Shown: in pieces, positions 1 through 10,647 of the stretch | How positions within the stretch are numbered: position 1 is the first letter of the stretch | Layout: each line of letters starts with the position of its first letter | DNA from: Ionaspis alba | Lineage: Eukaryota | Assembly (NCBI GenBank): GCA_964255285.1 | Contig: CAXUUL010000068.1 | Coordinates: forward strand, 1 to 38,315 | Length of the DNA stretch: 38,315 nt | Direction of reading: 5' to 3' | Notes under the pieces: generated by a model | The model's input: only the letters and a program-made list of their open reading frames with translations | What the model was told of the DNA's origin: nothing | Database searches by the model: none | Translations under genes and position numbers: made by a program

Positions 1-2465
1 GTTATAGTTGACCCTGTCACTTGATCCTGCCTAGTTTCGACGACTTCAAAGTGATCGACGCATGACTAATATGTCAGACTGATATTTGCTCACCTGCTGT
101 GCCCTTGTTTGACGACTCAACACTGAGTGACTGTGATTGGCTGATGCACTGAACATGTGTCCTCTACAACCGACACCAAAGATATGAAAGCCCGGTCAAG
201 GACGGTTTTCTTAACTGTTGAAAGACGAAACAATGCGAGAAAGCGCAGCAGCAGACAATGTACAGGATCAAAAGACGGCGACATTGACGTCGCCAACGCA
301 CAACAACCTTGAATCTTTCGGTAATGGTCAACTGTTCAATAATCGTGCGGATCTGAGTGGAGCTCTTGTGCAACTACACAATATAAATAGAGTGAAGAGG
401 GTCTTTGGACTCATGCAGGAACTCGAGGTCCTAGCTCTTGGATTCATGTTGGGTAGCCTGCTCTTGTTTCGTCGTGGAAGGGTAGATGGGTGCGGGGCAC
501 GTGCATGCACGAGGGCATCTGTCAAACATTTGGGAAAAGAGATGGAGGGAAAAGAGATGGAGCGCATAGATTAAGTTTGGAGTAACTTGAGTGAATGGTG
601 ATGTGTTCATCCCGAGAAACTTCATCGAAGCTGTCATGTTTCTCTGTATAAATGGTGCGTTTCACGTGTGACCAATGGGGATAGGATCCATACTATCGGA
701 GTGCTGGATGAGATGTAAATTACTATGGGACAGCATAAACGGACGCGCTGCCCCATATGAGATATGAGGTCCTGAAAGACCGAATATAGAGTGCGCGTCA
801 GATGGTTTTGGTAGCTTGTAGGCTCAAGCACGAAAGAGATGCTTCCGTGATTGTATTTGATATGATGCCCGACATCGCAGTCGAGCACGGTCGCCGATCA
901 AAGTCTGCTGGTAAACTAACAGCGAAGAGTTCATTCCACCGCATATTCTATAGTGCTTGTACATCAGATAACGGCTAGATATGGTACTCCTAATCTACTC
1001 TTCTGCACGAATGGTAGACAACGTGACTTCATCGAAGAAATTGACTGACTGCTTGTCCATAAGAGAAAGAAGGTCCGTATAACAAGCCTCGATCCTTCCA
1101 CGTAGCCGAGGCTCCCCGGCTGATTTCGACCGAAGGAACACCTGTATGAGTAGAGCAGAAGTGACGCGTCAATAATAATCATTCCTGCTGGAACCTGTCA
1201 GGGGGAATCAATACTCCACCGACACCCAGAGATGGAAGAAAAAGCGCCCAGTGCCAGGTGTGTTCGCATTTCATGAAACAAGCCCTCGAACCCTTTCAGC
1301 ATCCACCGAACTCCCTTCTCGGCACTGTCGGGCTTCTGTTCAGCGTGATGGCGGCGGAATGGATTGATTAAATTGATTGAAAACCCCTTATCGATAGTAT
1401 CAAGGATGCGGCCCCACTACGCGCCAGCTTTCCATTGGCTGCCCATCCAGACGGGAGGATTCGAGCGGCTGGCTAGACATTCGAAAAGATGGAGGCTGAT
1501 TATGATTGTTGTGGACGGCGTGGCGCCTCTGTTACCCCTGACTAACTCGATTGGCGCATATGCCGGAGCCAGGGGGTGGGGATGGGAAGGAGGACGGGCT
1601 GCGGGCTCGAACCGAACGACGGATGATTCACGAAAAAGTATACGAAGAGGAAGTCAGCTATCGATTTCGTGGTTGTCCGCAAGAGCTTGTTTAGATGGCC
1701 TCTTTACCTCGTTCTCAGTACGTCTTGTGGAAAGGATCTAGAGAAGTCGAAGCAAGTCGCGATGAATTTCCTTGCCTTTATCCTGCAGCCAGCTTATCGA
1801 TTATCGAAAGCTTGCCATCTCTATCCTCGTCAGCTTGTTCTCCCAATAGTGTTTTTTCCCAGCCCAACCTGCTGAGTCTTGTCCTTGCTATCACCCATGG
1901 GTTTGGCGCAGGTGAAATTAAATGATGGCACTGTGGTGGAGCAGGGGCATGGCCTGCCCTGGATTGGTGTGAAACGAGTTCCCTTCAATATGGAAGCCGA
2001 CTCGACAGGGTTGCAAGTATGGATGTAGTAAGTAATAGTGATAGGCCTATCGCTCTAGCCCCCCCCGCTTACTGCTTTGCTTACACTTAGTGTGAGCAGT
2101 AGTGACAGAGATCAGATCTCTGGCCATATATGCCAGCTTTCACAGCCCACTCCTGCACGTTTGCTCTTCCCTTCTCTCCCTTCTTCCCTACCACTACCTG
2201 TGCACCTTGCTGTCGTCGTCGTCTTCGTTGTCGATATTGCCTTTGCGCAATTCCTACATTCTCTTTAAAGAGCAGTCGCTCGTTTCATTCATTGGGTCTA
2301 TCTACCACAGCTGTAGAGACCTCATTCACTCCTTTACAACGCAAGACTTCACTGCACCAAGACCCTGGACGGTCCTTCCTCAAGCTTTCACTTGTACATT
2401 TGTCAAACAACACATCATTTCGAAGACTTCACCAAATACAATCGTTATCAGCAGCAGCAGCAACC

Positions 2466-4169
2466 ATGGCTCGTCTTACCTCTGCCCTCCTCCTAGCCCT
2501 CCTCGCTTCCACAGCCCTAGCGGCTCCCAAAAACCGTCGTTACGCAACCGGATCGGGAGGGACGAAGAAGCCATGCAGTACAGCAGGACCATACGGTTAT
2601 GACAACAGCACCGCAATGGCTGGACCTACAGGTACAGGTACTGGGTCAGGCCCGGTCATGCTCTCCACTGTCACCGTGGTACCCCTGCCCGCCAGCACTC
2701 CTGAGGATTCTGGATCTGCGGCCCCGCTGCCAGCATCATCAACTGCTGCAGCAGGCACCCAATGTGGTTCCGGAACCACGACTGTCACGTATACTCCGAC
2801 AGTCACAGTAACCGCTTCGAGCAACAATGCTGCCGGTGCTGCTAGCTCAACCTCTGCGGATATCACTGCGCCGTATGGCAATGGCACATCCTCTGGCTTC
2901 GCTGGACCCACTGGCTCAGATGGCCCCACCGCATTACCGAGCTTGACCGACGCACCAAGCTCCACCTTTGGCACTGCCGCTCCGTTGCCCCACTCCTCAA
3001 AGAAACACGGCCACAAGCACGAGTCTCACCACCACAGCAAGAAGCCATACCAATGGACATCGCCCATGGTGAGCCCTCCGTCAAGCTCCAGTTCAACTGC
3101 GGCTGCTGCCCCGGCTCAGTCCACTACCTCGTCAGCCATGGCCGCCTCCACTTCCGCCGGGTCTTCCACTGCCGCACCAGCTGTCAATTCGCCATCCGCC
3201 GAGGCTTCCACCGCAGCACCAGCAGCCAACTCTCCACCCGCCTACAACTCTCCTGCAGCTATCTCCTCCACTGCTGCCCCAGTAGCCCACCATCAACCCG
3301 TGTACACACCGCCTGTCAACTCCCCAATTGCCTCCAGTACACCGGCCCCTTCATCCTCCGCCGCCCCAGCACCAGCCCAGCCTTCCACTAGCTCCACCTC
3401 CGGCACCTCGTCGGGCGGTAACGGCAAACGCGGTCTCGTCTACAACACCGCCTCCCTCACCTCCCCCTTCGCCAAATCCACCAACATCAATTGGGCCTAC
3501 AATTGGGATTCGCAGTCCTCCGGCCTTAGCCCCTCGTACGAATTCGTCCCCATGCTCTGGGGCCTTGACGCCGATCACCTGAATAATTTCGACGCCAACG
3601 TCGCCAAGTGCAAGGCCGCCGGCTCCTCCCACCTCCTCGCATTCAACGAACCGGATATGCGCCGCGAGTGGGGTGGCTCCGCTTTGGACCCCGGTACTGG
3701 CGCCAGCGGCTACAAGCAGCACATTGCGCCGTACAGTGGCCAGATGAAACTAGGTAGTCCCGGTGTGTCGAACGCCAACTCGTCGTACCCGGCCATGGGC
3801 ATGCCCTGGCTTGCGCAGTTCATGAAATCCTGCAATGGAGGCTGCCCCGTCGATTTCGTTGTCGTACATTGGTACGGTGATGGGAGCAAGTCTGGCGGTG
3901 ACCAGGCCAAGGACCTCAAGTGGTATATCGATCATGTAAAGGCTGATTCGGTCAACATCTTTGGAAAGGTCATGCCCATCTGGTTGACGGAGTTTTCGGC
4001 CACGCCGATGGCGAATGCGGCCGTCAATGCTGAGTTCCTGAAGACGGCCCTGCCGTATTTGGATAACGAACCTGCCGTTGAGAGGTATAGCTTCTTCATG
4101 GTTACCGAGGGTAATCTTGTCAGCGGTGGCAGCTTGACGAGTATTGGGCAGGCTTACGTCAATAACTGA
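2466..4169 (+). CDS. Secreted GH128 / Asl1-like beta-1,3-glucanase with a long Ser/Thr/Pro/Ala linker and C-terminal catalytic domain
   Basis: ATG at 2466 in good context (caaccATGg), followed by signal peptide MARLTSALLLALLASTALA and about 300 aa of low-complexity linker. The catalytic domain has GKRGLVYN, WAYNW, EFVPMLWG, LAFNEPD, VDFVVVHWY, PIWLTEF and VERYSFF, typical of the Glyco_hydro_cc/GH128 family; the two catalytic Glu lie in NEPD and TEF. No introns needed. Confidence 0.9.
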   Translation: MARLTSALLLALLASTALAAPKNRRYATGSGGTKKPCSTAGPYGYDNSTAMAGPTGTGTGSGPVMLSTVTVVPLPASTPEDSGSAAPLPASSTAAAGTQCGSGTTTVTYTPTVTVTASSNNAAGAASSTSADITAPYGNGTSSGFAGPTGSDGPTALPSLTDAPSSTFGTAAPLPHSSKKHGHKHESHHHSKKPYQWTSPMVSPPSSSSSTAAAAPAQSTTSSAMAASTSAGSSTAAPAVNSPSAEASTAAPAANSPPAYNSPAAISSTAAPVAHHQPVYTPPVNSPIASSTPAPSSSAAPAPAQPSTSSTSGTSSGGNGKRGLVYNTASLTSPFAKSTNINWAYNWDSQSSGLSPSYEFVPMLWGLDADHLNNFDANVAKCKAAGSSHLLAFNEPDMRREWGGSALDPGTGASGYKQHIAPYSGQMKLGSPGVSNANSSYPAMGMPWLAQFMKSCNGGCPVDFVVVHWYGDGSKSGGDQAKDLKWYIDHVKADSVNIFGKVMPIWLTEFSATPMANAAVNAEFLKTALPYLDNEPAVERYSFFMVTEGNLVSGGSLTSIGQAYVNN

Positions 4170-4684
4170 GGGTGTTGATCGAGTTACATGGTGTTGGCAT
4201 TGAATGAGCTTGATTGTTATGCCTGTTCTTTAGGACCAGGAGACGAGCGTGTGCCATTGGATATGAGTACAGGAAGTTGGATATGTCTGGATACATCTGT
4301 GGGAGTAGCATGCAAGCTGGTATCCTTGTCTTCTTTTCGTTCTTCCTTTTTACCTTTCTCTGACATAGATTTTTGACATTGATGGATTACGACCGGCTCT
4401 TGTGCAGGCCTGGAATCTGTACAGGAGTCTGAGATCACAAATACGGACATTTGGTAGATTAAAAAATATGTTTACCAAGAATTTCTGCTTGAGACATGGT
4501 TCCAGTGACGGTGATGAACAATTTGAAGCCCCGTGACTGTCAAAGAGCAGACTGAGATGGGATTGAAAAAAAAAGCAGGAGTGCATGTCACATAATTCAG
4601 ATTCGTCCTTCCAATAAATCTAATCTCAGCGTACACAAGAATGCTGATCATACCAGTGAAGCTTACCCTGATTCGGTGTCACGC

Positions 4685-5539
4685 TCAAAGTTCCATCCCG
4701 TCCTCCCACTCCAACCTCTCTTCCGGCACCCCATGGGGAAACCATGGATTTCTCCTACTCGCCGGTACCTTCCCCTCCTTCTCAGCATCATACTCCTCTC
4801 CCATTACCATCCTTTCCGCCTCCTTCTCCATCCCAAAAAAACACGCCCAGAAAACCTCAAACTTCTTCATCTTCCTCCCTCCCAATCTCTCCACCACTGT
4901 CCGCACAATCGCCTCATACGCCTCACGCACATATTCCAAATCCGACTCCTCTAACCGTTGTTCCTGATAGGTCTCGAACGCCCCACCGGCATCGAGCGAG
5001 AATTCCAGCTCGGGTACATCGAGGTTGTCCACGACAAACTCAATTAGCTCTTCCCACTCCCCGCGCAACTGACTCCACTCCCTCACCTCGGAACTCGCAA
5101 ACTGACAATCCATCCGCCTCACCTCCTTCACACTCTGACCCTGCGCCTTCAACCACTCCAAACTCTTCCTAGGGGGTCCTGAAAACACAAGCCTGTTTTC
5201 CCGCAGCATCACCTCACGCGCATCCTCGCTTAGTGGGTTTGAGGCTACCAGAAGAGAGTGGGGGAAGCTGTAGCAGTCGCAGGATGCGGGTCCGTGGTCG
5301 CATTTGAGTGGAGCTTGAGAGGTGGGTTGGCCGTCCTGGATTAGTAGGCCGGTGCCCCACCAGCCGGGGCGATAGCGAGCGATCAGGTCGGTTTTTGCGA
5401 GAGCGGACTGGCGATCCTCCTTAGAGAGAGCCATGAGAGTGGAGCTCGCTGGAAGGGAGGAATATGTCGAAGATGTCATGGCTTCTTTCAAACCGCTGGA
5501 GGGAATCTGTAGCAAGACGATATTTATCTGGTCGAACAT
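4685..5539 (-). CDS. Acidic cytoplasmic hypothetical protein with a degenerate F-box-like N-terminal motif
   Basis: Intronless 284-aa ORF (alternative start at 5479). LMALSKEDRQSALAKTDL resembles the fungal 'FLxLPxEIRxxILxxTDL' motif. SLLVASNPLSEDAREVMLRENRLVF and ERMVMGEEYDAEKEGK resemble a recurrent Pezizomycotina hypothetical family (from memory). Glu-rich C-terminal half, no signal peptide. Confidence 0.75.
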   Translation of the reverse strand: MFDQINIVLLQIPSSGLKEAMTSSTYSSLPASSTLMALSKEDRQSALAKTDLIARYRPGWWGTGLLIQDGQPTSQAPLKCDHGPASCDCYSFPHSLLVASNPLSEDAREVMLRENRLVFSGPPRKSLEWLKAQGQSVKEVRRMDCQFASSEVREWSQLRGEWEELIEFVVDNLDVPELEFSLDAGGAFETYQEQRLEESDLEYVREAYEAIVRTVVERLGGRKMKKFEVFWACFFGMEKEAERMVMGEEYDAEKEGKVPASRRNPWFPHGVPEERLEWEDGMEL

Positions 5540-6368
5540 GCAGATGCGTAGATGGACTAAGGTTCTGTAAGAGGTTTAATCTCGCGAAATAGATGTTGAA
5601 AAGTGGTAAGCAAGGGTTATATATTTTCGGACAAATAATGAATTGTTTGTGAAATCTCAAACGGTCTGTGAGAATATGGGCTCATCCCACCGATATTTTA
5701 TGATATCACAAGCTCTACACCAAAGAGCTGGGTGTTCAGCATTATTATGTGAAGGTGTCCAACACTTGTGACAATGGCCCAGCGGGAGGACAACAGCCGT
5801 CCCGGTTGGGTTTGATCAACCAATAGATGGTCTTATTCGCGCTAGCTCTAACGAATGGTGTAAGGCTCATCTGGGAAGAGTATGTTAGAAGATGGTTGGG
5901 TAGGTTCCAACATGTTGAATCGTGCTCGCTTAATGCTCTTGGCTGCATAGTTTTGATATCAGAGGTCGATAAGGAGATTGATCAGGGCAGAACTTTGGTA
6001 AGGCTTGGGGTGGTGACTTCATACCAACTATGGCAAGGTGCAGTTCAGAATGAAGTGAAACCACTGTGCTACGGAGGATTTCTATTTCCCAATGGCAGTT
6101 TCGACTACCAATCGCTTAACTCGTTCTTCGGGCCCCGATGAAGATTGAAGTAGGATTTGGAGAGCCCACTGTCCAAGCTGTTGTTGTAGTTGCATGTGTA
6201 TAGATGTCGGCATTATATCTTGATCGTTGTTTGTCACGTCTAGTCATCCTGCATATTTGACGGATCATCGTCTTGTCTTTTTGTAATTTCTTTGTGGCAA
6301 ATTCAGGAGCAGGTCTCCTCCCTTTCATTCATAGTATAACTCAGCAACTTAATCTTTGCACATTTATC

Positions 6369-7568
6369 ATGAAATTAAGCATTCTCACGCTCACTGCTTC
6401 GCTGCTATCGCTTGGTGTTCAGGCCGTACCAGTCAAGTCCAGTGATATCAAGCCTGTCACTGACGCCAATGGGGCCACCCGATATCAAGCCTCGGAGCCG
6501 GCTAAAGGCGTGCCGCACCCAGATGCTCTCAATAGTAAGAGCAAACAATTTCACGAAGACGTGCTTGAACAGCATAAGCAGAACACGGACGGGAAGAAGA
6601 CTGATCCACCAAATATGTCTTCTGCACAATATCATGCAGCAGACAATACCATCCAGTACTCATCAACAGGCAGGGGTGGAGGAAAGGGGCCCATGAATGA
6701 CGCATACCAGAAGGCTGCCAAAGATGAAGCAAAGGACAGAGGTGTCCCAAAGTGCACTCACCCATCCAATGGTAGGTGTGCGGAGGGAGGCACGACTTCT
6801 CAAAACATCGACAAAGGTTCTCCCAACATGAAAGGCGATATGGTCTCGTCATATGGTACCGCCAAGAAGGGTGATTCAAAAGAACCCGTTACAGCCCATC
6901 ATCCAGGTTGCTCGGGCAAGAACGCGAATCAAATTGGCTGTAAAGATGTTCTCAAGAATCAGGGCATTACAGATGTCAATCACCCCAAACCAGGTGAGTC
7001 AATGCAGCTCAAGGATATTGGGATGCACCTACAGCAAGCTGATATCTCGATGGCAGGCGTCCAAGATGCGCAGAACAGCATTCCCAAGGGCAAAGTCAAG
7101 GACGCAGTGGGGCAACTCGATCCGAAGCAGAAGAGCAAACACCGAGGCCAGGACGCCAAGCAAACCGTTCCGCAAGGCAAGGTTAAAGACACAACCAAAA
7201 GCCTCGAAGACCAAAGGGTTTTAGCACAGAAGAACGCAGAAAAAGCGAAGAAAGCCAAGGAGCTGAAGAACAATGGCAAAGACGCTTCCCAGAAATCAGG
7301 GCCAGGATTCAAAGGCCCGAAACCTCCTCCCGCACCACCTCTACCACCGCAACCTAAGAAGAACAGCCGGCCATTGCCTAAGAAGAACAGTGCACCTCCG
7401 TCTCCGAAGAGTAAGCCGTCGACAGGAAAGTCTACCAGCTCTAAGAAAGGAGGGAAGAAAGGCCGAAGGTTCTTGCAGGCTCGCCAACTTCTCGAACTAC
7501 GACGAAGCGCGATAGAGAGACGGGACTTTGTAGATTACCTGCGTAGACAGCAGGCTTTGAGCGTTTGA
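6369..7568 (+). CDS. Secreted Lys-rich protein with a putative Zn-dependent deaminase-like domain (candidate toxin/effector)
   Basis: ATG at 6369 gives signal peptide MKLSILTLTASLLSLGVQA; intronless, 399 aa. Motifs THPSNGRCAE (CAE at 6777-6785) and HPGCSGKNANQIGCKDVLKNQGI (Cys codons at 6909 and 6939). These are followed by two repeats, a PKPPPAPPLPPQP tract and a C-terminus with RR dibasic sites. Confidence 0.8.
   Translation: MKLSILTLTASLLSLGVQAVPVKSSDIKPVTDANGATRYQASEPAKGVPHPDALNSKSKQFHEDVLEQHKQNTDGKKTDPPNMSSAQYHAADNTIQYSSTGRGGGKGPMNDAYQKAAKDEAKDRGVPKCTHPSNGRCAEGGTTSQNIDKGSPNMKGDMVSSYGTAKKGDSKEPVTAHHPGCSGKNANQIGCKDVLKNQGITDVNHPKPGESMQLKDIGMHLQQADISMAGVQDAQNSIPKGKVKDAVGQLDPKQKSKHRGQDAKQTVPQGKVKDTTKSLEDQRVLAQKNAEKAKKAKELKNNGKDASQKSGPGFKGPKPPPAPPLPPQPKKNSRPLPKKNSAPPSPKSKPSTGKSTSSKKGGKKGRRFLQARQLLELRRSAIERRDFVDYLRRQQALSV
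7062..7193 (+). repeat. Intragenic imperfect tandem repeat, 87-nt (29-aa) period
   Basis: QDAQNSIPKGKVKDA starts at 7062 and QDAKQTVPQGKVKDT starts at 7149. A second short duplication, cctaagaagaacag (PKKNS twice), lies near 7353-7391. Confidence 0.8.
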
Positions 7569-8720
7569 TTCCAGACATACAATATCGAAGGGGGGGCCTC
7601 ATTTCGTTGCCAGGCTTTACTGCAATAGATAGTCGTGAGCAAGAGAAGCAGCTCTCCGGCAGAGGCCACTGCCTTGCCTTTTGCCATTCATGGTGATATT
7701 CGAGTCTATGGATCACTGTCAAATCTAACTCGAAGAGCATTTGAGTGATATGATGGCTGATCACCGAGCCCCTGATACTCAACAACGCCCAGCATAGAGG
7801 CAGAGGACCTCGAAAGTGGCTGGGCTGGTGCTGGTGCAGGCACAATCCATCCCAAGAAGAGTGGCGATGTTGCAATAGGCTGCGGGCCCTTACTTGCCGT
7901 TGAATCTCCAAATTCGGAGCCAAGTCGTGCCGATGTGCCGGCTTCCAGCCGTGTTTCAACCGTGAGCCGGAATTGTTCATGTTTCAAATAGAGCCATCTC
8001 TGTGCACATACAAGCATAGGAGAGACTCGTCGACAAAAGTAGCGGGAGGGAGTAGAGGGAAACGGGGTACGTAGTCTATACAAAAGCCCGTATCTACCAA
8101 GCCAAGATGTAGCGACCCTTCCCATCAGCATCAGCATCATCTTGCTTTCTTCCTTGTCTTCATGCACCTAAATGTCAAGGCCGAGGACCTTCCTTTCTAG
8201 ATCTCATCACAGGATGGAATCAACCAACGTTTATGACTTGCATGCTCTAGTGGTCTGTGCGACAAGCCATGGGGATGGAGGGGGAATTTACTCCACAAGG
8301 ATGTGCCTCCAGTGTGGAGACCTAACAGTGTCCGGCCGACTATTACTGCAGAGTCCAAACTACTATTCGCTCGCAGACTTGCATACATGTGTTGGGACTA
8401 GACATAGTATCCGGGCAATGATATTCCACCATCCGCGTCGGTTGCCTTCTTTGGATGCGGAGATTCAAGGGATCTTCAATCTACTCGTACGCGCATTGTG
8501 CAGTGCCCAGCACCAAGTGGTCACGGTCAAGTCATAAAAGAAGTCAGATGTACAAGATATCTCATTCACTGTAAGTCACTCCCTTGCAGATCCGCAGCAT
8601 CAAATGAGGACCTCGACTTTCACTCTTTCTCCTCAGCTTTGAGATATTTACTACCTTTCCTCCTGTTCCACCGGTCAAGTCAAAACATCATCCACTGATC
8701 CTGGTATCTTGTAAGTCAAG

Positions 8721-10517
8721 ATGCATCTCCATTGGACGTACTTGCTATCTCTGGTCTGTCTGCTTGAAACCACTCTCGCCGTATGGCCCCAACCGACCGA
8801 CTTCACCAACGGCACTCAAGTTTTGTGGATAAACAATGATATCGTTGGCGTTTACAAAAGCCCGTTTCCCAACAATACCCCTGCAATGAGTTACAGGTAT
8901 AACATCTCACACCTTTTCTCCACACCTTCGTCACTGACGTACCGCAGATCAACGGTCCGAAGGGCCGTCGACTCTTCATCGCCTTTGTCGGAGGAAAAGC
9001 TCTTGACGGATGCCTTCACTCGTTTCAAGCAGGATGTAGTCACCACCAACTTTGTGCCCTGGAAATTCCATCCCAGAGCAGCGAATTTCGAACCGGACCC
9101 ATACAAAGCGAAGCAGTACATCAAGAAAGTCACCTTTCAACACGTAGTCAGCCCCTCAGTGACCAACCAGACCGGCGAAGAGGATGAGCAATATTCACTG
9201 ACCATTTCCGAGAAAGGTGATGTTTCGATCACTTACGCCACTGCCGTTGGAGCACTGCACGCTCTCACCTCGCTGGCACAACTATTCTACAAGCACTCGA
9301 AGGGCGGAGTCTATACGCCATTTGCTCCTCTCTCCATTCACGACAAACCAGCCTACTCACATCGAGGTCTCAACCTGGATATCTCCCGCAATTACATGGC
9401 TCCCAAAGATGTCAAGCGCATGATCGATGCCATGGCTCTGAACAAATTCAATCGCCTTCATCTTCACGCCACTGACTCACAGTCCTGGCCGATTGAGATA
9501 CCGGCAATACCGGAACTTGCTTCTAAAGGTGCCTACCACGCTGGACTCACATGGAGCGTTGCAGACCTGAAGTCTGTCCAGACATATGCCGCCCAACGCG
9601 GTATCCAAAGCTACCTCGAAATCGACTCTCCCGGTCACACCGCCTCAATTGCGTACTCCTTTCCAAATCTTATCACGGGCTTCAATCAGCAACCCTGGTC
9701 AACATTCGCCGCCGAGCCACCATCTGGTCAAGTAAAACTCGCGTCCCCTGACGTCAAGTCTTTTTTTGACAAGCTCTACTCCGACCTGCTTCCTCGCGTC
9801 TCCCCATTCTCAAGCCTCTTCCACACCGGCGGCGACGAAATCAACGTTAATGTCTACACGCTCGACCCCGCCCTTCACACCAACGACAGTAGGCTCCTTC
9901 AACCACATCTGCAAACCTTCGTCCAGAACCTCCACAATACCATTCGTTCCTATGGCTTCACACCCATGGTTTGGGAAGAAACCGTCATCGTTTGGAACGT
10001 GACGCTCCCCAACAGCACCATTGTACAGACCTGGCAAGGCCAGGAATCTCTTGCTGCCGTCCTTGCAACAGGCCACAAAGCTCTTTTCGGTGATTATAAC
10101 CACTGGTACCTCGATTGCGGCTTCGGTCAGTGGGTCGATCCCTCCCCGGCAAACAAGCAAACGCCAATCGCTCCCCCGTACACGGATTACTGCTCCCCAC
10201 TCAAGAATTGGCGCGAGATCTACTCCTACGATCCCACCATAAATATCACAACCAGTGCGCTCGGTGGAATCATCGGCGGCGAAGTCCACATGTGGGGTGA
10301 AACGACCGATCCGGTCAATCTGGACTCCAAGGCTTGGCCCAGAGCTGCGGCGGCTGCAGAGATCATGTGGAGTGGGGTCAAGGGCGTCAAAGGCGTTAAT
10401 GAGGCCGTCACGAGGCGGTTGGCAGAGATGAGGGAGAGGTTGGTCGATGTAGGGGTAAGGGCAGGGCCGGTGCAAATGACGTGGTGTTTGCAGAATCCAG
10501 GGGATTGTGCTCTATAG
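8721..10517 (+). CDS. Secreted beta-N-acetylhexosaminidase, glycoside hydrolase family 20
   Basis: Signal peptide then VWPQP; HRGLNLDISRNY, KFNRLHLHATDSQSWP, EIDSPGH, catalytic HTGGDEI, WYLDCGFG, GGEVHMWGE, WPRAAAAAE. Continuous 598-aa ORF. Confidence 0.96.
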   Translation: MHLHWTYLLSLVCLLETTLAVWPQPTDFTNGTQVLWINNDIVGVYKSPFPNNTPAMSYRYNISHLFSTPSSLTYRRSTVRRAVDSSSPLSEEKLLTDAFTRFKQDVVTTNFVPWKFHPRAANFEPDPYKAKQYIKKVTFQHVVSPSVTNQTGEEDEQYSLTISEKGDVSITYATAVGALHALTSLAQLFYKHSKGGVYTPFAPLSIHDKPAYSHRGLNLDISRNYMAPKDVKRMIDAMALNKFNRLHLHATDSQSWPIEIPAIPELASKGAYHAGLTWSVADLKSVQTYAAQRGIQSYLEIDSPGHTASIAYSFPNLITGFNQQPWSTFAAEPPSGQVKLASPDVKSFFDKLYSDLLPRVSPFSSLFHTGGDEINVNVYTLDPALHTNDSRLLQPHLQTFVQNLHNTIRSYGFTPMVWEETVIVWNVTLPNSTIVQTWQGQESLAAVLATGHKALFGDYNHWYLDCGFGQWVDPSPANKQTPIAPPYTDYCSPLKNWREIYSYDPTINITTSALGGIIGGEVHMWGETTDPVNLDSKAWPRAAAAAEIMWSGVKGVKGVNEAVTRRLAEMRERLVDVGVRAGPVQMTWCLQNPGDCAL

Positions 10518-10647
10518 GCGTGGGTCATGCTGGACTGTTTGGTCTCTATGGGGATCTATGTTGTGAATTTGATTTGTTTGTGGCGAGTGCCTTGATGATA
10601 TGGAATTCATGGATCGATGTGCACGAGTCGGTTACTCTGCCATAGAA

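Noticed and set aside
1..2100. Short ORFs and a G-rich tract (about 1571-1600) in the left region
   Set aside because: No recognisable protein motifs. It looks like promoter/leader DNA, with a minus-strand GTGAGC donor near 93 hinting at a gene outside the window. The G-quadruplex-like tract has no supporting evidence.
2130..2465. 112-codon in-frame N-terminal extension of the GH128 ORF
   Set aside because: Pyrimidine-rich leader-like sequence; the signal peptide and a good start context begin at 2466.
7441..8537. ORFs of 179, 153 and 121 aa between the secreted protein and GH20
   Set aside because: No motifs, atypical composition and mutual overlaps; cannot be supported as genes, although a relic is not excluded.
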